This document shows positions 23,621-36,600 of a stretch of DNA of 64,000 bases, piece by piece (the first letter of the stretch is position 1; each line of letters opens with the position of its first letter). Under the pieces are notes generated by a model, which was given only the letters and a program-made list of their open reading frames with translations, did not search any database and was not told the origin of the DNA. Origin of the DNA: Eledone cirrhosa (Eukaryota); contig OZ024740.1 in NCBI GenBank assembly GCA_964016885.1, positions 389,112,001 to 389,176,000 of the forward strand, in the 5' to 3' direction. Both the position numbers and the translations under genes were made by a program.

Positions 23621-24849
23621 ATATCTCCTTCTCATTTCCTCTCTCTCACTTTCTATCTTTCTCTGGAAGAAATCTGCTGTACTCAGACCTGGAGAGGGAT
23701 GGGCTCCGCCAGGCTTAAAATGCCCAAGAAACGCTGTATGTCAATACAGTGCCCCTATGACTATCAGGAGTTATAGGACCGTCCCATATATGTAACTAGC
23801 GGAAATACTGCTATTCAGTCAGTTTTCTACTGGTGTATGTGTGTGGGCGTGCACATTTCATAATATATGTATCAATTTACACAAAGGAAAACTACATTTT
23901 TGACATGTAATTAATACAAACTTGTATAAACATATTACAATAGCTTCTCTCTTCTTCTTCACCAACTTTTTCCTAATGGGGTTGTGGGAGCAATCCTCAA
24001 ACACTCATTCCATCTCGAAATAATCGGGCTGGGTCCCAAGCGAGACCAGCCAAGCTCATGGATGTTATCCAACTATCATGCTCGGAGTCAACCCCTGGGT
24101 CTTCTGCTTGTGTATTTATCAAAGATCACAATCACAATCACTCCCATTGAAATTGTAATTGATTTGAATTGATCACAATTAATCAATAAACTAATGTTTG
24201 TTTGTATTTTCTTTTCAATATAGTTGACATCATCATCAGCACCATTTTATGTCCATTTTTCCACGCTAACAAGGAGATGTCACAGGATCGAGTTGATGGA
24301 TGATTTACCATACTATAGAATGCTTGCCTTTCCACAAATGACGGATGAAACAAACATGGGGAAAATGGTTATTCAGAAGCAGGGACATGTAATGACATTT
24401 AGACCCCACCCCCTCTCTTTCCTCCAACTCCCATTGCTGACTTCCAAACCTGACGAAGAACACAACTAGTGCCCTACTGTTGTAAATAGATAGTGATGGT
24501 GCCACAATAAAATGTACTCAGCCCACTCCATAAAGTGGTGGTGCTGGAGGGGTACTGCTGGTTCCACAATTAAAAGCACCCAGTATACATTGTGGAATGG
24601 TTGGTATTAAGCCATACAGCCAGAGAAACCATAAATGTATCAGTGAAATGCAGTCATCTGACTTGTCTCACTTCATAATATTACAGCCCATGCAAGCATA
24701 GAAATAAATGTAAAACAGTGTTGATGATGAACTTGAAAGATGAGTTTACTAATTTGGAAATCTGAAAGACAAAATTATGCAAATATTTAAAGTAATACAC
24801 TTTAATTTCAATGGCATTTTCTATCACTTTGTAATCAAGACATTCTTAC

Positions 24850-25004
24850 CCTTGGTGAATGAACATGTATGAAACAAAACGCCATGCTTCCATTCTACTG
24901 TAAGGGCTATATATCAAAGGACTGCAAATAGGGACACCTGTATTCCATGAGACTTCGATACCATTCTTCTTCAATTCCAAAACATAATAAACAAACACAC
25001 CAAT
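24850..25004 (-). CDS. Rhomboid gene exon: TM1 end and loop L1 (WR motif)
   Basis: ttgcag|ATT...GG|gtaag, 155 nt: IGVFVYYVLELKKNGIEVSWNTGVPICSPLIYSPYSRMEAWRFVSYMFIHQG. Confidence 0.94.
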
Positions 25005-25229
25005 CTGCAAAAATAAACACAAATAAAATGAATAATGATAGAAAGCTAGGTAATATCATGAAGTTAGGAATTTTTAATGAGTTCTTTTTCCTTTAATTTT
25101 CTTTTAGTGCAACAAGTCGATGTAAAAGACCGACAATTCTTTTTTAAAGCCGGTACAATGCAGTAGAAAATTACAAAGTGTAAATGATGACAAATGAAAC
25201 AAAACCAAGTAATGCTTTACCCTGGATAT

Positions 25230-26815
25230 TTTAGCATGATATTTCAAGGCTATTACCCTCTTTTTAGATGCAAAGCTGAAACAACCCAAGACAAAACAAA
25301 CCGATCGATCAGAGTTTTCTTCCCTAACCTATCTATGTGTTAGAAAACCCACAAGCGCGGGGTTGCTATAGTAACCATACTGCCCTGTGCATTTCTGATC
25401 TATTATTTATCCTTGGATTTATTCAGCTGATGAAAATGGCCTCTTTAATCCTTGAATTCCTAATATTCCTTTCAGTTGCCTCTGTGGTGACCTCAATGCC
25501 TGTGTCATCTGTCAAGATGTTTTTTAACAGCAGAGGCTCTCATTGTCATGTATTTCTTGATCTGTATGTGTACCTCCTTGTGGTACTGCTTATGTATGAG
25601 GAGCTACATTTTTTGCATGTGATCTTATAGACCACATATGCTCTCATGCACACTTCTGCATTGTCAATGGGGCAATTAGGAAGTGCGCATATATCGCTAT
25701 ATGTGAATTGGTGCCTGTGGAGCAGTCTCCTCAATGAGGGTCCTGAATGTGCCAGCTGTATATATTTAGTCCCTCCCAACAGATGACTTGTCTAATGGCA
25801 GCTGTCATCTTCTCATTGAAATGTAACAGTTTTAGGTAGCATATGTTATCCTTAGGGGTACGTGTCTTCCTTGTTCTTTTAAGTGTTGCTGCCTTGGCAT
25901 TTCAGAGTTTAGTGAGAGAAGTAGGTAGCCATTTTCAGTGAGAACTCTTTGGAATTCCACCATGCTGGTATGTCTATAATTACCCTCACTGCATCTGTTG
26001 CACATCTAGAAGATCTCATTCCGTATATAGACCATTTTGGCTCTGTAGGGAAGGGTAGAGTTGTGGTGCACAAAAATGTTTCTGCAGACATCGTTCCTGT
26101 AAAATTTGGTGTATATGAATCCCTCCTCTGTGACACTTAGTGTAAAGCTGAGTAGAGAGAAGGATCCAGTGGTATCTGGATGTTCAACTTAAGATCTTGA
26201 TGGCTTCTTTGTGCGATGAAGAAGTGAACATAAGGATGTCATCCATGTTCCTGGAGAAGAAGGGGCAAGAGTGGCGGATGGGATGGTGATTGCTGTGTAC
26301 TCAAACTGGTTCATGTGCGTGATAGCCAGTAGGCCTGAAAGACTTGATTCCATCAGAAGTCCTGAAAGTTGTTTGTATACAGAGTCCTCAAACTGGAAAA
26401 AGGTGTTGCACATGACAATAGAGAGCAGTTCACAAATGTCAGCAGCAGTGAGCCCAAAATAATTGAGATTGGTAGGAGTGATGATGTCTGTAATTAGGTC
26501 GATGGCTGGGGAGGTGGGGACAGAGGAGTAGAGAGAAACTATGTCTAAACTAAAAGAATATATCTGTCCACGTTTTGGGGGTCAAGTTCTTTTAGTTTGT
26601 TCACTACTTCTTGTGAGCTGTCTAAGGGTCCGAGAAAATGTAAAGGAGAGGTTTGAGAAGTCTGGAGAGAAGCCAGGAAATTTTATAGAAAGGTATGTTT
26701 ATGCCAGAAACAATGGGTCTAATTCTAAGTTGAGTCCTGTTTTATGTGTTTTGATAAGATGGTAGAAGGTGGAGAGCTTACAGTTTCCAATAATGAAGAT
26801 GATAGAAGGTGTCAA
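25230..26815 (-). mobile_element. Penelope-like element: RT and GIY-YIG (decayed), with a dead hammerhead at 25234-25271
   Basis: LDIVSLYSSVP, YKQLSGLLMESSLSGLLA, MDDILM, VVYKITCKKCSSSYISSTTR. Confidence 0.85.
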
Positions 26816-27761
26816 ACTGGTCGAATCATCAAATTATCAAATAGAATGACTTGTGGTGCCTGTACTCTGAGTTCAAATCCAGCTGAAGTCGACCCTGCCT
26901 TTCTCACTTTTGATATCAAAGTACCAGTCCAGAGTGGTGAATAGGCAGAATTGTTAGATCATTGGATGAGATGTCTTCTGGTTCTTTGCATTCAGAATTC
27001 AAATTCTACCAACTGTTACTAGCTTTCCCACAACAAGAAATGGGTCCTTTGAAAGCTAGTTAATGTCAGACATGGTGGTGGGTCAACTAGAGCAAGATCT
27101 CAGTTACAACAATATAATGAGCAGATCCTACACGTAGTGAGATAAATACTAAGGCAGAAAAAAATATAACAAAATAGGATCCAGGGAGTTTTTTTCTCAG
27201 TAGGAGATAGACAAGTTATTGCCCTCAATATCAATTTGGGCAATTTCTCTAAATAAAACAAAAAAAAATGATTTTGTGACTAGGAAATATATCGTTTTTT
27301 GTTATGCAACTGTCATCAAGAAATCATTCCATAAAAGAGAACTGGGTTTAGTGTTATTCTTTTAAATTTCCTGCAGTATTACCTTCTAAGTGTTATGTAA
27401 CTCATTTCTCTACTCTATACAATTTAATGGGAAGGGTCTCCATATTGGCCCTCTACCTACCTGAAAAAGAAGCCAAATCTACTGTCATCAAAAAGTGAGA
27501 TGCTTACAGCTTGAATGCTTTCTATCATAGATCTGCTTGATCAATTTGTCCAGGGGCTACAAACAATAACAACAAGTCTAGTATGGTCAGTTCTGATTGA
27601 GCAGACTAATGCTCAAATATTTTCCAATTGTAGCCATCACACACACACATTACAGTCCTCGTCAGAGCAAGGTATGGTATGGCCAACTCTAGCCAGACTT
27701 GCCTCCCAGCGTGGAAAAATGCAAGCATGGAAAAATGGATGCTAAATGGTGATGATGATGA

Positions 27762-27794
<33 letters not shown>

Positions 27795-27827
27795 GTGCTA
27801 GCGTGGAAGATAGATGTTAAGTGATGA

Positions 27828-27868
<41 letters not shown>

Positions 27869-28575
27869 TTGTCCAGTGTGTCCTTCCTTGTGTGTTAGTT
27901 AGTCATGCTAGCTTAAAGCAATGAATGTTAATCAGCAAAACTAAAATGAGAAAATGAAGCCAAATGGGCATCAAACAAATTTTAACCATTCTTTATCACC
28001 TAATCAGGAGAAGAAGCAGTGTCCATGACCTTTTTTAGGTTCTCTAAACTGACGGGAGGGAGCAAAGAAGGTAATTGATAATACCTTCAACTAAAAGCAC
28101 CCAAGAAGCAGGTGGTTGTGTTAAACTAAGGGAAAATATGCTAATTATTTCATACACTTTAGATATATAGTAATCAGAATCGATGGTGACAGTATCTAAA
28201 TTTATAGGTATTGATTTTATATTTATTTTTTTAATGCTTATAATGATTGTGTCAGGAGCAGGGAGAATGTCCATGACCTTCATAGTTCTTTCAGAGATTT
28301 AGACTTATGAAATCGATGTTCTTGATGTCCAGATGCAATCAATGAAGTTGATATTCACAATGTAATTATTTTTACCATACTGCTGTTGTTATTGATTCTA
28401 CTCCACTTACTAAGTCAATTCTGTTAAAAAAAAAACCAATGAAACTAAAGTAATCAATCAAAGACACATTTCATTGGTATTCTTTAGTTCAGCCAGCTTA
28501 TGTAGCTGATCAAATAAAACATTTATGGAATGTTTCAAATTGTGATTATCCTGCCTTTTAATCAATGAAATGTAA

Positions 28576-29136
28576 TCTTATTTTTAAGCCTACCTTAACT
28601 AGCAACTACACAGCCAAATCACTTCTTCATATATTTTATCATGTTTCGCTGTGACCCGTCTTCTCTCTCCTTCTACCTACCGATTTCATTGCTATCTACT
28701 CTTCCCCCTCTTTCTTTCTCTCCCTTTCTCCCTCACACTTTCACTCCCCCTCTCTCTGCCAGCCATCTCATTATTTCCTTCGCTTGACCCTCTATCAGTT
28801 CTCTTCTCATTTACACTCGCTGGGATCAGACATGTCTTTTCGTTCGTCCACACGCTCTAGAACTTGTGTTCAGCCACCGATGTGGACTTGCATTTTCTTT
28901 CAAGTTGCTCGCACATTCTTCAGTTTGTTGGGTTTTTTCGCTGTTTTTCTCTTTTCTTCCTTCCCTCTCTCTCCTCCGTTTTCCAAATAACTTACCAGTT
29001 ATTGAATACATGGCGGTAGATATATTGTCTTTAAAGCATTGAAATATCCGAGACCCCAGTAGACAACTGATGAGGAAACTCCCCCCGTTCTTGCTGTCTT
29101 CTTATTCTTATTTTTAAGCCTACCTTAACTAGCAAC

Positions 29137-29137
<1 letters not shown>
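28576..29137 (+). repeat. Dispersed repeat of about 530 bp with a 33-bp terminal direct repeat (related copy at about 11090-11370); possible pseudo-LTR
   Basis: tcttatttttaagcctaccttaactagcaacta at both ends. The core agatatattgtctttaa...gaaatatcc...cccag...aactgatga is shared with 11220-11350. Confidence 0.6.
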
Positions 29138-29222
<85 letters not shown>

Positions 29223-29724
29223 TATATATATATAATTTTTTTCATTCTCATATATTGTTTCATTTTTATACATGTATCGAGAATGACACTCCTTTTACTA
29301 TTACACTCCCTTCCCTCTTTATCATCCGCATATAAGTGATCGCGCGTGTGTGTGTGTTTATACGCGAGCTTTCATACTCGTATGTGTATATATTTAATAC
29401 CTGTATCTGGATGTATGTTAACTATATTATCTTACAATTTCTTTTTCAACTCATATTATATACGTATTTGTGGTCACACATACACAAATATACTTGCCCT
29501 CATATATATACTTACGCACACATTTTCACTATACACATGCATTTGTACATACACACATATGTACATTTGTGAGTGAATATACATACATATACACATACCC
29601 TAACTATATTTCCTTATTTTTTTATATATCTCTTGCATTACTTTTATTTATATATGTTTTTTGCCCATTAAACTCTTGCCTTTCTTGAGGAGATTTTTCA
29701 AATATTTCACTATGTTTTAAATTG

Positions 29725-29800
29725 CCTTGTCTGATGAACAAATGAGGACGTTTTTCGTATTCCTCTTATTCGGGAAACCTCTGGTAATGAGGTAATTATA
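29725..29800 (+). ncRNA. Hammerhead-like motif with full stem III, degenerate stem I
   Basis: CTGATGA at 29731, gagga/tcctc stem, GAAA-cctc...gagg-TA. Confidence 0.5.
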
Positions 29801-29937
29801 TTGTATTGTTTATTATACTTTAAATTTAGCTCTGGTACTTACATAGAGCACTCTTCACTCCTATGACTTTTTCAATTTTCAACGGAACCTTCAATACTTA
29901 TATATATATATATAAATAAATGTATATATATAAATAA

Positions 29938-30420
29938 TGATGCCTGCATACGAACAGCAATGTTGCATGGCAGTGAGACCTGGGCATTGTGTGCAGAGGA
30001 TATACGCAGACTAGAGAGGAACGAAGCTTGCATGCTCCGCTGGATGTGTAATAGTAATATACGTGAACGGCAAAGCATAAACGAACTAAGGGAGAAATTT
30101 GGAATAAGAGGGATCAGATGTTGTTTACTCGAGAGAAGACTACATTGGTACGGTCACATGATGCGCATGAAAGACGACAGCTGTATAAAAAAGTGCAGGG
30201 CGATAAAAATAGACGGTAGCCATGGAGTAGGCAGACCCAGAAAAACCTGGGACGACTTCATAAATTCCGACCTCACACACTTACACCTCTCCAAGACTAT
30301 GTCACTGGACCGAGAGCTTTGGCGCTACACAGTTATACAGAAGATCCACCTTGCCTAAGTACAAAGCGAAACCTACAGTCAGTTTCACCGCCCCCACCTC
30401 CTTGGCCCACCCCACAACTA
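29938..30420 (+). mobile_element. 5'-truncated copy of the young RTE family
   Basis: Close match to the C-terminus of the 4524-7778 ORF (DACIRTAMLHGSETW...). Confidence 0.92.
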
Positions 30421-30815
30421 ATAATACTAACCATCTTGCCAACAACAACCCTGAGTACCTTTTTGATTTCCCCGTGTCTAACACACATGGGCATGCCCAC
30501 AAAGTGAGAAAACAGCACAGCTCTCATCACTTTCGGAAACATTTTTTCACGCTCATAGTTGCTGAAGCATGGAACAAACTACCTGCATCAGTTGTTAGCT
30601 GTCGAGACACTGCATCCTTTAAAACCTCCATGCTTCCTGAGAATCGCCAACACTACACCTAATATTCCCCCTCCATACACATACACACATGTATATCATG
30701 ACTCATACACTGTTCACTTCCCTGACATTTGTATATTATTCTATGTACTATACATGCACCTTTGATGAGTTGTAGTGCACCTGAGCACTTTACACAATAA
30801 TTTCATTATTATTAT
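30420..30815 (+). mobile_element. CR1-type LINE 3' end nested in the RTE 3' UTR
   Basis: NTHGHAHKVRKQ...FRKHFFTL..AEAWNKLPASVV....SFK with an (ATT)n tail. RTE tail sequence resumes at about 30830-30975. Confidence 0.8.
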
Positions 30816-31045
30816 ATAAATATAAATAAATATGGAGAGATGCTGTGCTGAATAGGACCCGTCCCACCCTTGCAAGCAGCGAAAAGCGGACGTAAGATTT
30901 TGATGATGATATATAAATATATAGCAAGCACGGAAGATGGATGTTAAACGATGATGATGATGATGATGATGATGATATCATCACCAGTCCAGAAATAGCC
31001 ATCGAAACGGCTTGAGCTCTGCCGTCGGGGTCCTGACCCTTTTCC

Positions 31046-31076
<31 letters not shown>

Positions 31077-31116
31077 TATAATCTTCACCCCCTAATTAGT
31101 CAACTAATTAACTTAC

Positions 31117-31278
31117 CTCAACCAGGGTGATAAGAAACATAAAAATTGGTGGTGGGCAGCAAGTATAGTTAGAAAGGAAATCGTTTCGTTTTCGGAAAGG
31201 TACAATGTTTGCTATGGCTGCCTCCAGGACACCACGAACTTTCTTTTTATCTTTTTGTAGAGCATCTTCACCTGTCAT
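31117..31278 (-). CDS. Rhomboid gene exon: linker and TM1 start
   Basis: ttgtag|ATG...GAG|gtaagt, 162 nt: MTGEDALQKDKKKVRGVLEAAIANIVPFRKRNDFLSNYTCCPPPIFMFLITLVE. YTCCPPP is typical of RHBDL proteins. Not in the ORF track. Confidence 0.93.
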
Positions 31279-31984
31279 CTACAACAAACAAAAAACAATG
31301 AAAACAATAATATATATATTTTCTGTAATGAAGGTCTAAGTAGAATATAGAAAAAAATGTGTATGCCACATAGCCTAATATATTGATTCTATATACTGTA
31401 TACAAGTCAGTAGTGTGTTTATCACACAAACCAATAACACAAGCATTTATGTCTGAGTGTGTTTAACCCTTTAGCATTTAAACCAGCCGTATCCGGCCAA
31501 AACTCTCTCTCCTCTTCCTGTTCAAACTGGCTGTAACTGGCCACTCATACTGATGTTAAGGTATTGTTCTCAAAATAAGTACTTTAAAAATCTCATAGAT
31601 TCAATATTATGTGAGATAATTATGTGAGGTAAAACCTGTACCATGAAAATACAATAGTATATATAGATAGAAATGTTATATTTGAAACTGGATAGTTGAT
31701 AACTGTGTTGAAGCCTGTCAGACGAACTGTACTTATAATTCAAATAGTCAAACTTATCACACATTGTCACATTAAAAAATTGAAAATTATGTTGAAGGTA
31801 CCATATATCTATAGAATACTTGACCACTTACATGCTAAGTCAATGAAGTGGCAATGCTATAGATTGAGTATTTGGAACACTCTTCATCATATTTGTACAT
31901 AAGTGATAAGTCAATAGTTAAAATTGTAATATAAAAACAGCAAAGTCACTGAGGAATTGAACCAAAAATGTGACATAAAAGTTA

Positions 31985-32080
31985 AAGGTAGTATAGTACT
32001 ATAGTATAAAGGTAGTATAAAGGTAGTATAGTACTATAGTATAAAGGTAGTATAAAGGTAGTATAGTACTATAGTATAAA
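31985..32080. repeat. Short tandem repeat, about 35-bp unit
   Basis: aaaggtagtatagtactatagtataaaggtagtat repeated about 2.7 times. Confidence 0.85.
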
Positions 32081-32929
32081 GCACTTAAAAATACAGGGTC
32101 CATATCAAATGCTTCTCTGGCCACTAGATTAATCTGGAATTAGTGCCAAGTGAATATTAAGTGTGTACAGTTACTGTATTTCTTTACATAATACTTCTCT
32201 GTGTATTTCCCATTTCCTGCACTATTTAGTAAAACAGTACACAGTCATCATTTAGCCCTTTTCATACCAACTTACCCCAAACTGACTCAGGTTTTAAAAG
32301 ACAAATACATCTGTTTTAAACAATTCCTATTTAAATTATAATCTTCCAGTATCATTTCATATAAGAACTGTATATTAAGTTACTATCTTACTAATGAAAT
32401 AATTTATAAATCTCTCAAAATTATTTATCAATTAATTGAAACAGAGTGTATTTCATTAGAAAGTATATATTTCATAAAACGTGCTTTAAGTTTACCTATT
32501 TTAACATTACACCTTTCATTAACTCCACTACTTCATTTTATGTGTAAATGTCCATATACATGTTTGTTTGTATATGTATGTATGTGTACATGCATGTGTG
32601 AACATGTGGGTGTGTACATGTATGTGGAAATTTATGTGTGCGTGCATGTGTGTGTATGTGTGTGTGTCTGCTATCATAACTGAATAATATTTATTTGCTA
32701 TGACTGACTAGCCAAGATGTATGTATATATTTATGTATGTGTATATGTACATTAGTAAATGTGTATATACACATGTGAATGTTGGGAGTAATGCGTGTGT
32801 GTGTGTGTGTGTGCATATGCGTGTCTATATATATATATATATATGTACACGTGTGTAACATTGTAAAAATATGTACGCCTGAAGCTGTACATCTAAAAGT
32901 GAACACCTGGGTATTTGAGAGCGTACATG

Positions 32930-34497
32930 ATGTGTAGTGTGAGTGTGTGTATCTGAGTGTGTAGTGTGAGTGTGTGTGTATCTGAGTGTGTAGTGTGAGT
33001 GTGTGTATCTGAGTGTGTGTATCTGAGTGTGTAGTGTGAGTGTGCCTGTATCTGAGTGTGTAGTGTGAGTGTGCCTGTATCTGAGTGTGTAGTGTGAGTG
33101 TGTGTGTATCTGAGTGTGTAGTGTGAGTGTGTGTGTATCTGAGTGTGTAGTGTGAGTGTGTGTGTATATGAGTGTGTAGTGTGAGTGTGTGTATCTGAGT
33201 GTGTAGTGTGAGTGTGTAGTGTGAGTGTGTAGTGTGAGTGTATGTGTATCTAAGTGTGTAGTGTGAGTGTGTGTGTACTGTCAGTGTGTGTATCTGAGTG
33301 TGTAGTGTGAGTGTGTGTATCTGAGTGTGTAATGTGAGTGTGTGTGTATCTGAGTGTGTAGTGTGAGTGTGTGTATCTGAGTGTATAGTGTGAGTGTGTG
33401 TATCTGAGTGTGTAGTGTGAGTGTGTGTGTATCTGAGTGTGCATGTTTGAATGTGTGTATCTGAGTGTGTAGAGTGAGTGTGTGTATCTGAGTGTGTGTA
33501 TATGAGTGTGTAGTGTGAGTGTGTGTAGTGTGAGTATGTGTATCTGAGTGTGTAGTGTGAGTGTGTGTATCTGAGTGTGTAGTGTGAGTGTGTGTATCTG
33601 AGTGTGTAGTGTGGGTGTGTGTGTATCTGAGTGTGTAGTGTGAGTGTGTGTGTATAGTGTGTGTGTGTATCTGAGTGTGTAGTGTGAGTCTGTGTATCTG
33701 AGTGTATAGTGTGAGTGTGTGTGTATCTGAGTGTGTAGTGTGAGTGTATGTATCTGAGTGTGTAGTGTGAGTGTGTGTATCTGAGTGTGTAGTGTGAGTG
33801 TGTAGTGTGAGTGTGTGTGTATCTGAGTGTGTAATGTGAGTGTGTATGTATCTGAGTGTGTATGTATCTGAGTGTGTAGTGTGAGTGTGTGTATCTGAGT
33901 GTGTAGTGTGAGTGTGTGTATCTGAGTGTATAGTGTGAGTGTGTGTATCTGAGTGTGTAGTGTGAGTGTGTGTGTATCTGAGTGTGCATGTTTGAATGTG
34001 TGTATCTGAGTATGTAGAGTGAGTGTGTATATCTGAGTGTGTAGTGTGAGTGTGTGTATCTGAGTGTGTAGTGTGAGTGTGTGTAGTGTGAGTATGTGTA
34101 TCTGAGTGTGTAGTGTGGGTGTGTGTGTATCTGAGTGTGTAGTGTGAGTGTGTGTGTATCTGAGTGTATAGTGTGAGTGTGTGTATCTGAGTGTGTAGTG
34201 TGAGTGTGTGTGTATCTGAGTGTGTAGTGTGAGTGTGTGTATCTGAGTGTGTAGTGTGAGTGTATGTATCTGAGTGTGTAGTGTGAGTGTGTAGTGTGAG
34301 TGTGTGTGTATCTGAGTGTGTGTGTATCTGAGTGTGTAGTGTGAGTGTGTGTATCTGAGTGTGTAGTGTGAGTGTGTGTATCTGAGTGTGTAGTGTGGGT
34401 GTGTGTGTATGTGAGTGTGTAGTGTGAGTGTGTGTATCTGAGTGTGTAGTGTGAGTGTGTGTATCTGAGTGTGTAGTGTGAGTGTGCATGCCTGAGT
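32930..34497. repeat. GT-rich minisatellite, unit about 25-27 bp (gtgtgtatctgagtgtgtagtgtga)
   Basis: About 60 near-identical units, which generate the spurious H/T/Y/L-rich ORFs. Confidence 0.97.
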
Positions 34498-34689
34498 GTA
34501 CACATTTTTTAGATGTATATACCAGTATGCATCTTTGAGCATGTACATCTAATAGTATAAATACATCGAATGTATGCAAGCAAGCATGCATGCATTTGTA
34601 TGTGCATACATGTGAATGTATAACATAAATATTTGTATTCTGTGGAGGAGGAGGCAGGGCTTTAGTGAGAATACTACAGCAAGACTTAC

Positions 34690-34845
34690 TAAATTAACAA
34701 ACTCTTCATAGTTCATGTAAGAATCAGAATTAGTATTGGCTTTTACCAACATTTTATCAAACTGGGTTTTTGAAACATGTGAAGTTATGCCAGTATTCAA
34801 TAATTCTTGTCGAAGTTCTTGAAGTGGAATTCCTTTAGAACCATG
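34690..34845 (-). CDS. Rhomboid gene exon: EF-hand region
   Basis: tttcag|CAT...TTA|gtaagt, 156 nt: HGSKGIPLQELRQELLNTGITSHVSKTQFDKMLVKANTNSDSYMNYEEFVNL, with EF-hand-like loop NTNSDSYMNYEE. Confidence 0.9.
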
Positions 34846-34869
34846 CTGAAATTGAGAAAGGGTTAAATT

Positions 34870-34936
<67 letters not shown>

Positions 34937-34937
<1 letters not shown>

Positions 34938-35670
34938 TACTACCACTGCTAGCTGCAAAAGGCTTTTCCCTCAAAATGATGGCAGACTGTATGATGCATG
35001 TATACGAACAGCAATGTTACATGGTAGTGAGAACTAGACGCTGTCTGTAGAAGACTTACGCAGATTAGAAAGAAACGAAGCCTGCATGCTCCGATGGATG
35101 TGTAATAGTAATATATGCAAATGGCAAAGCATAAATGAATTGAGAGAGCGACTGAGCATAAGAGGAATCAAATGCTGTATGCAGGAGAGGCGGTTGCGTT
35201 GGCATGGACATGTAATGCGTATGAAGGATGACAGCTGCATAAAAAGGTGCAGAGCACTAGAAGTCGATGGAAACCCAAGGGGAGACCCAAGAAGACCTGG
35301 GATGAGGTGATAAAAGCCGACCTTACCCAATTACACCTCTCAAAGGCGATGACACACGACCGTGGCCTCTGGCGTCACGCAGTAATACAGAGTACCCGAC
35401 CTCCCATGAGTACAAGCTGAAACATATAGACAATATGCCCCCACACCCTCCCACTGCAAAGTGGTTGTGGAGGTGCCACGGCAAAAGAGCACCCAGCACT
35501 CACTGTAAATGAGGTTGGTGTTAGGAAGGGTATCCAGCTGTAGAAATCAAGCCAAAATCAGTTCCTGTATGAGCAAGGCATGGTCAGCCGACCAGACACT
35601 GCCCACAACAGGACAACCCGTCTAACCCATGCTAGTGTGGAAGAATGGACGTAAAACGGTGATGATGATG
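34937..35670 (+). mobile_element. 5'-truncated RTE copy (related subfamily) between (TA)n tracts
   Basis: LLPLLAAKGFSL...QERRLRWHGHVMRMK..., followed by 3' UTR and (GAT)n tail. Confidence 0.9.
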
Positions 35671-36389
35671 ATATATATATATATAACAACTTTATATAGC
35701 AAATAGTGAAAAATAGCATTGTGGTTACATATTTCCAATGAGTCATCCATTGCTTCACTGCATTTCTAATTGTGAAGGTGACAAGAAAAGTGTCTATAAT
35801 TTAGTGCAGAGCAATTATCTCAAGGGTCTTTGTTTTAAAACACTGTGTAATTTTCATTTCATCAGTAGTCATTCAACTTGCTATAAACGGCTTCCAAGAT
35901 GTAGACATGTTCATATAGTTAAGAAGTTTGCTTCTCAACTATATGGTCCCAAATTTAATCAAACTGCACACCACCCCTGGTATATTTCTTTTATATATCA
36001 ATCTTGGATTGATCAATACTTAGAGTATAGAATTTAGTAGGTGGAAATATATATTGTGTAGAGTTTATATTTACTAGGAACCAGTTGATGACTCCTTCCA
36101 TTATTACTAAGAATGTTATACACAAAGTATATGCAGGATGGATGAATCAATGGATGATCCATCAGTCTGTATGCCCATTCATTATTTTCACTGATACATA
36201 TAAATTAAGGATGAAAAACATTGGCAAGGGAAAAATATTGAAAAACTAGAACTCTTTAAAAGAAGTTTCTTCCAATATTTGTGGTGGACCAAGTTCCAAA
36301 AGCCCTCTTGCTACAATCATCATCAAAAACACAATGAACCAATGACCTAGTCTGTTAAAAATGATGCTAGTTTTCACTAGTAAATAAAT

Positions 36390-36600
36390 AATAATTGTTT
36401 CTATTTTTGACACAAGGCCATCAATTATCCAGTGCATTACTGGTACTTTATTTTATTGAGCCTATAAGAATGAAAGGCAATGTTTACCTCGGCGGGATTT
36501 GAACTCAGAATGGAAAGGGCCGTAACTCTTTCAATTCTGAGTTCAAATCCCGCCGAGGTTAACTTTGCCTTTCATCCTTACGGGGTCGATAAAATAAATA
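36390..36600. mobile_element. Two Meta-core SINE fragments, head to head
   Basis: Minus copy at 36390-36528, plus copy at 36529-36600. Confidence 0.75.

Noticed and set aside
32691-34591. Three long minus-strand ORFs (604, 432 and 436 aa) rich in H/T/Y/L
   Set aside because: They result from a stop-free minisatellite open in all three frames within an intron; there is no evidence of coding.
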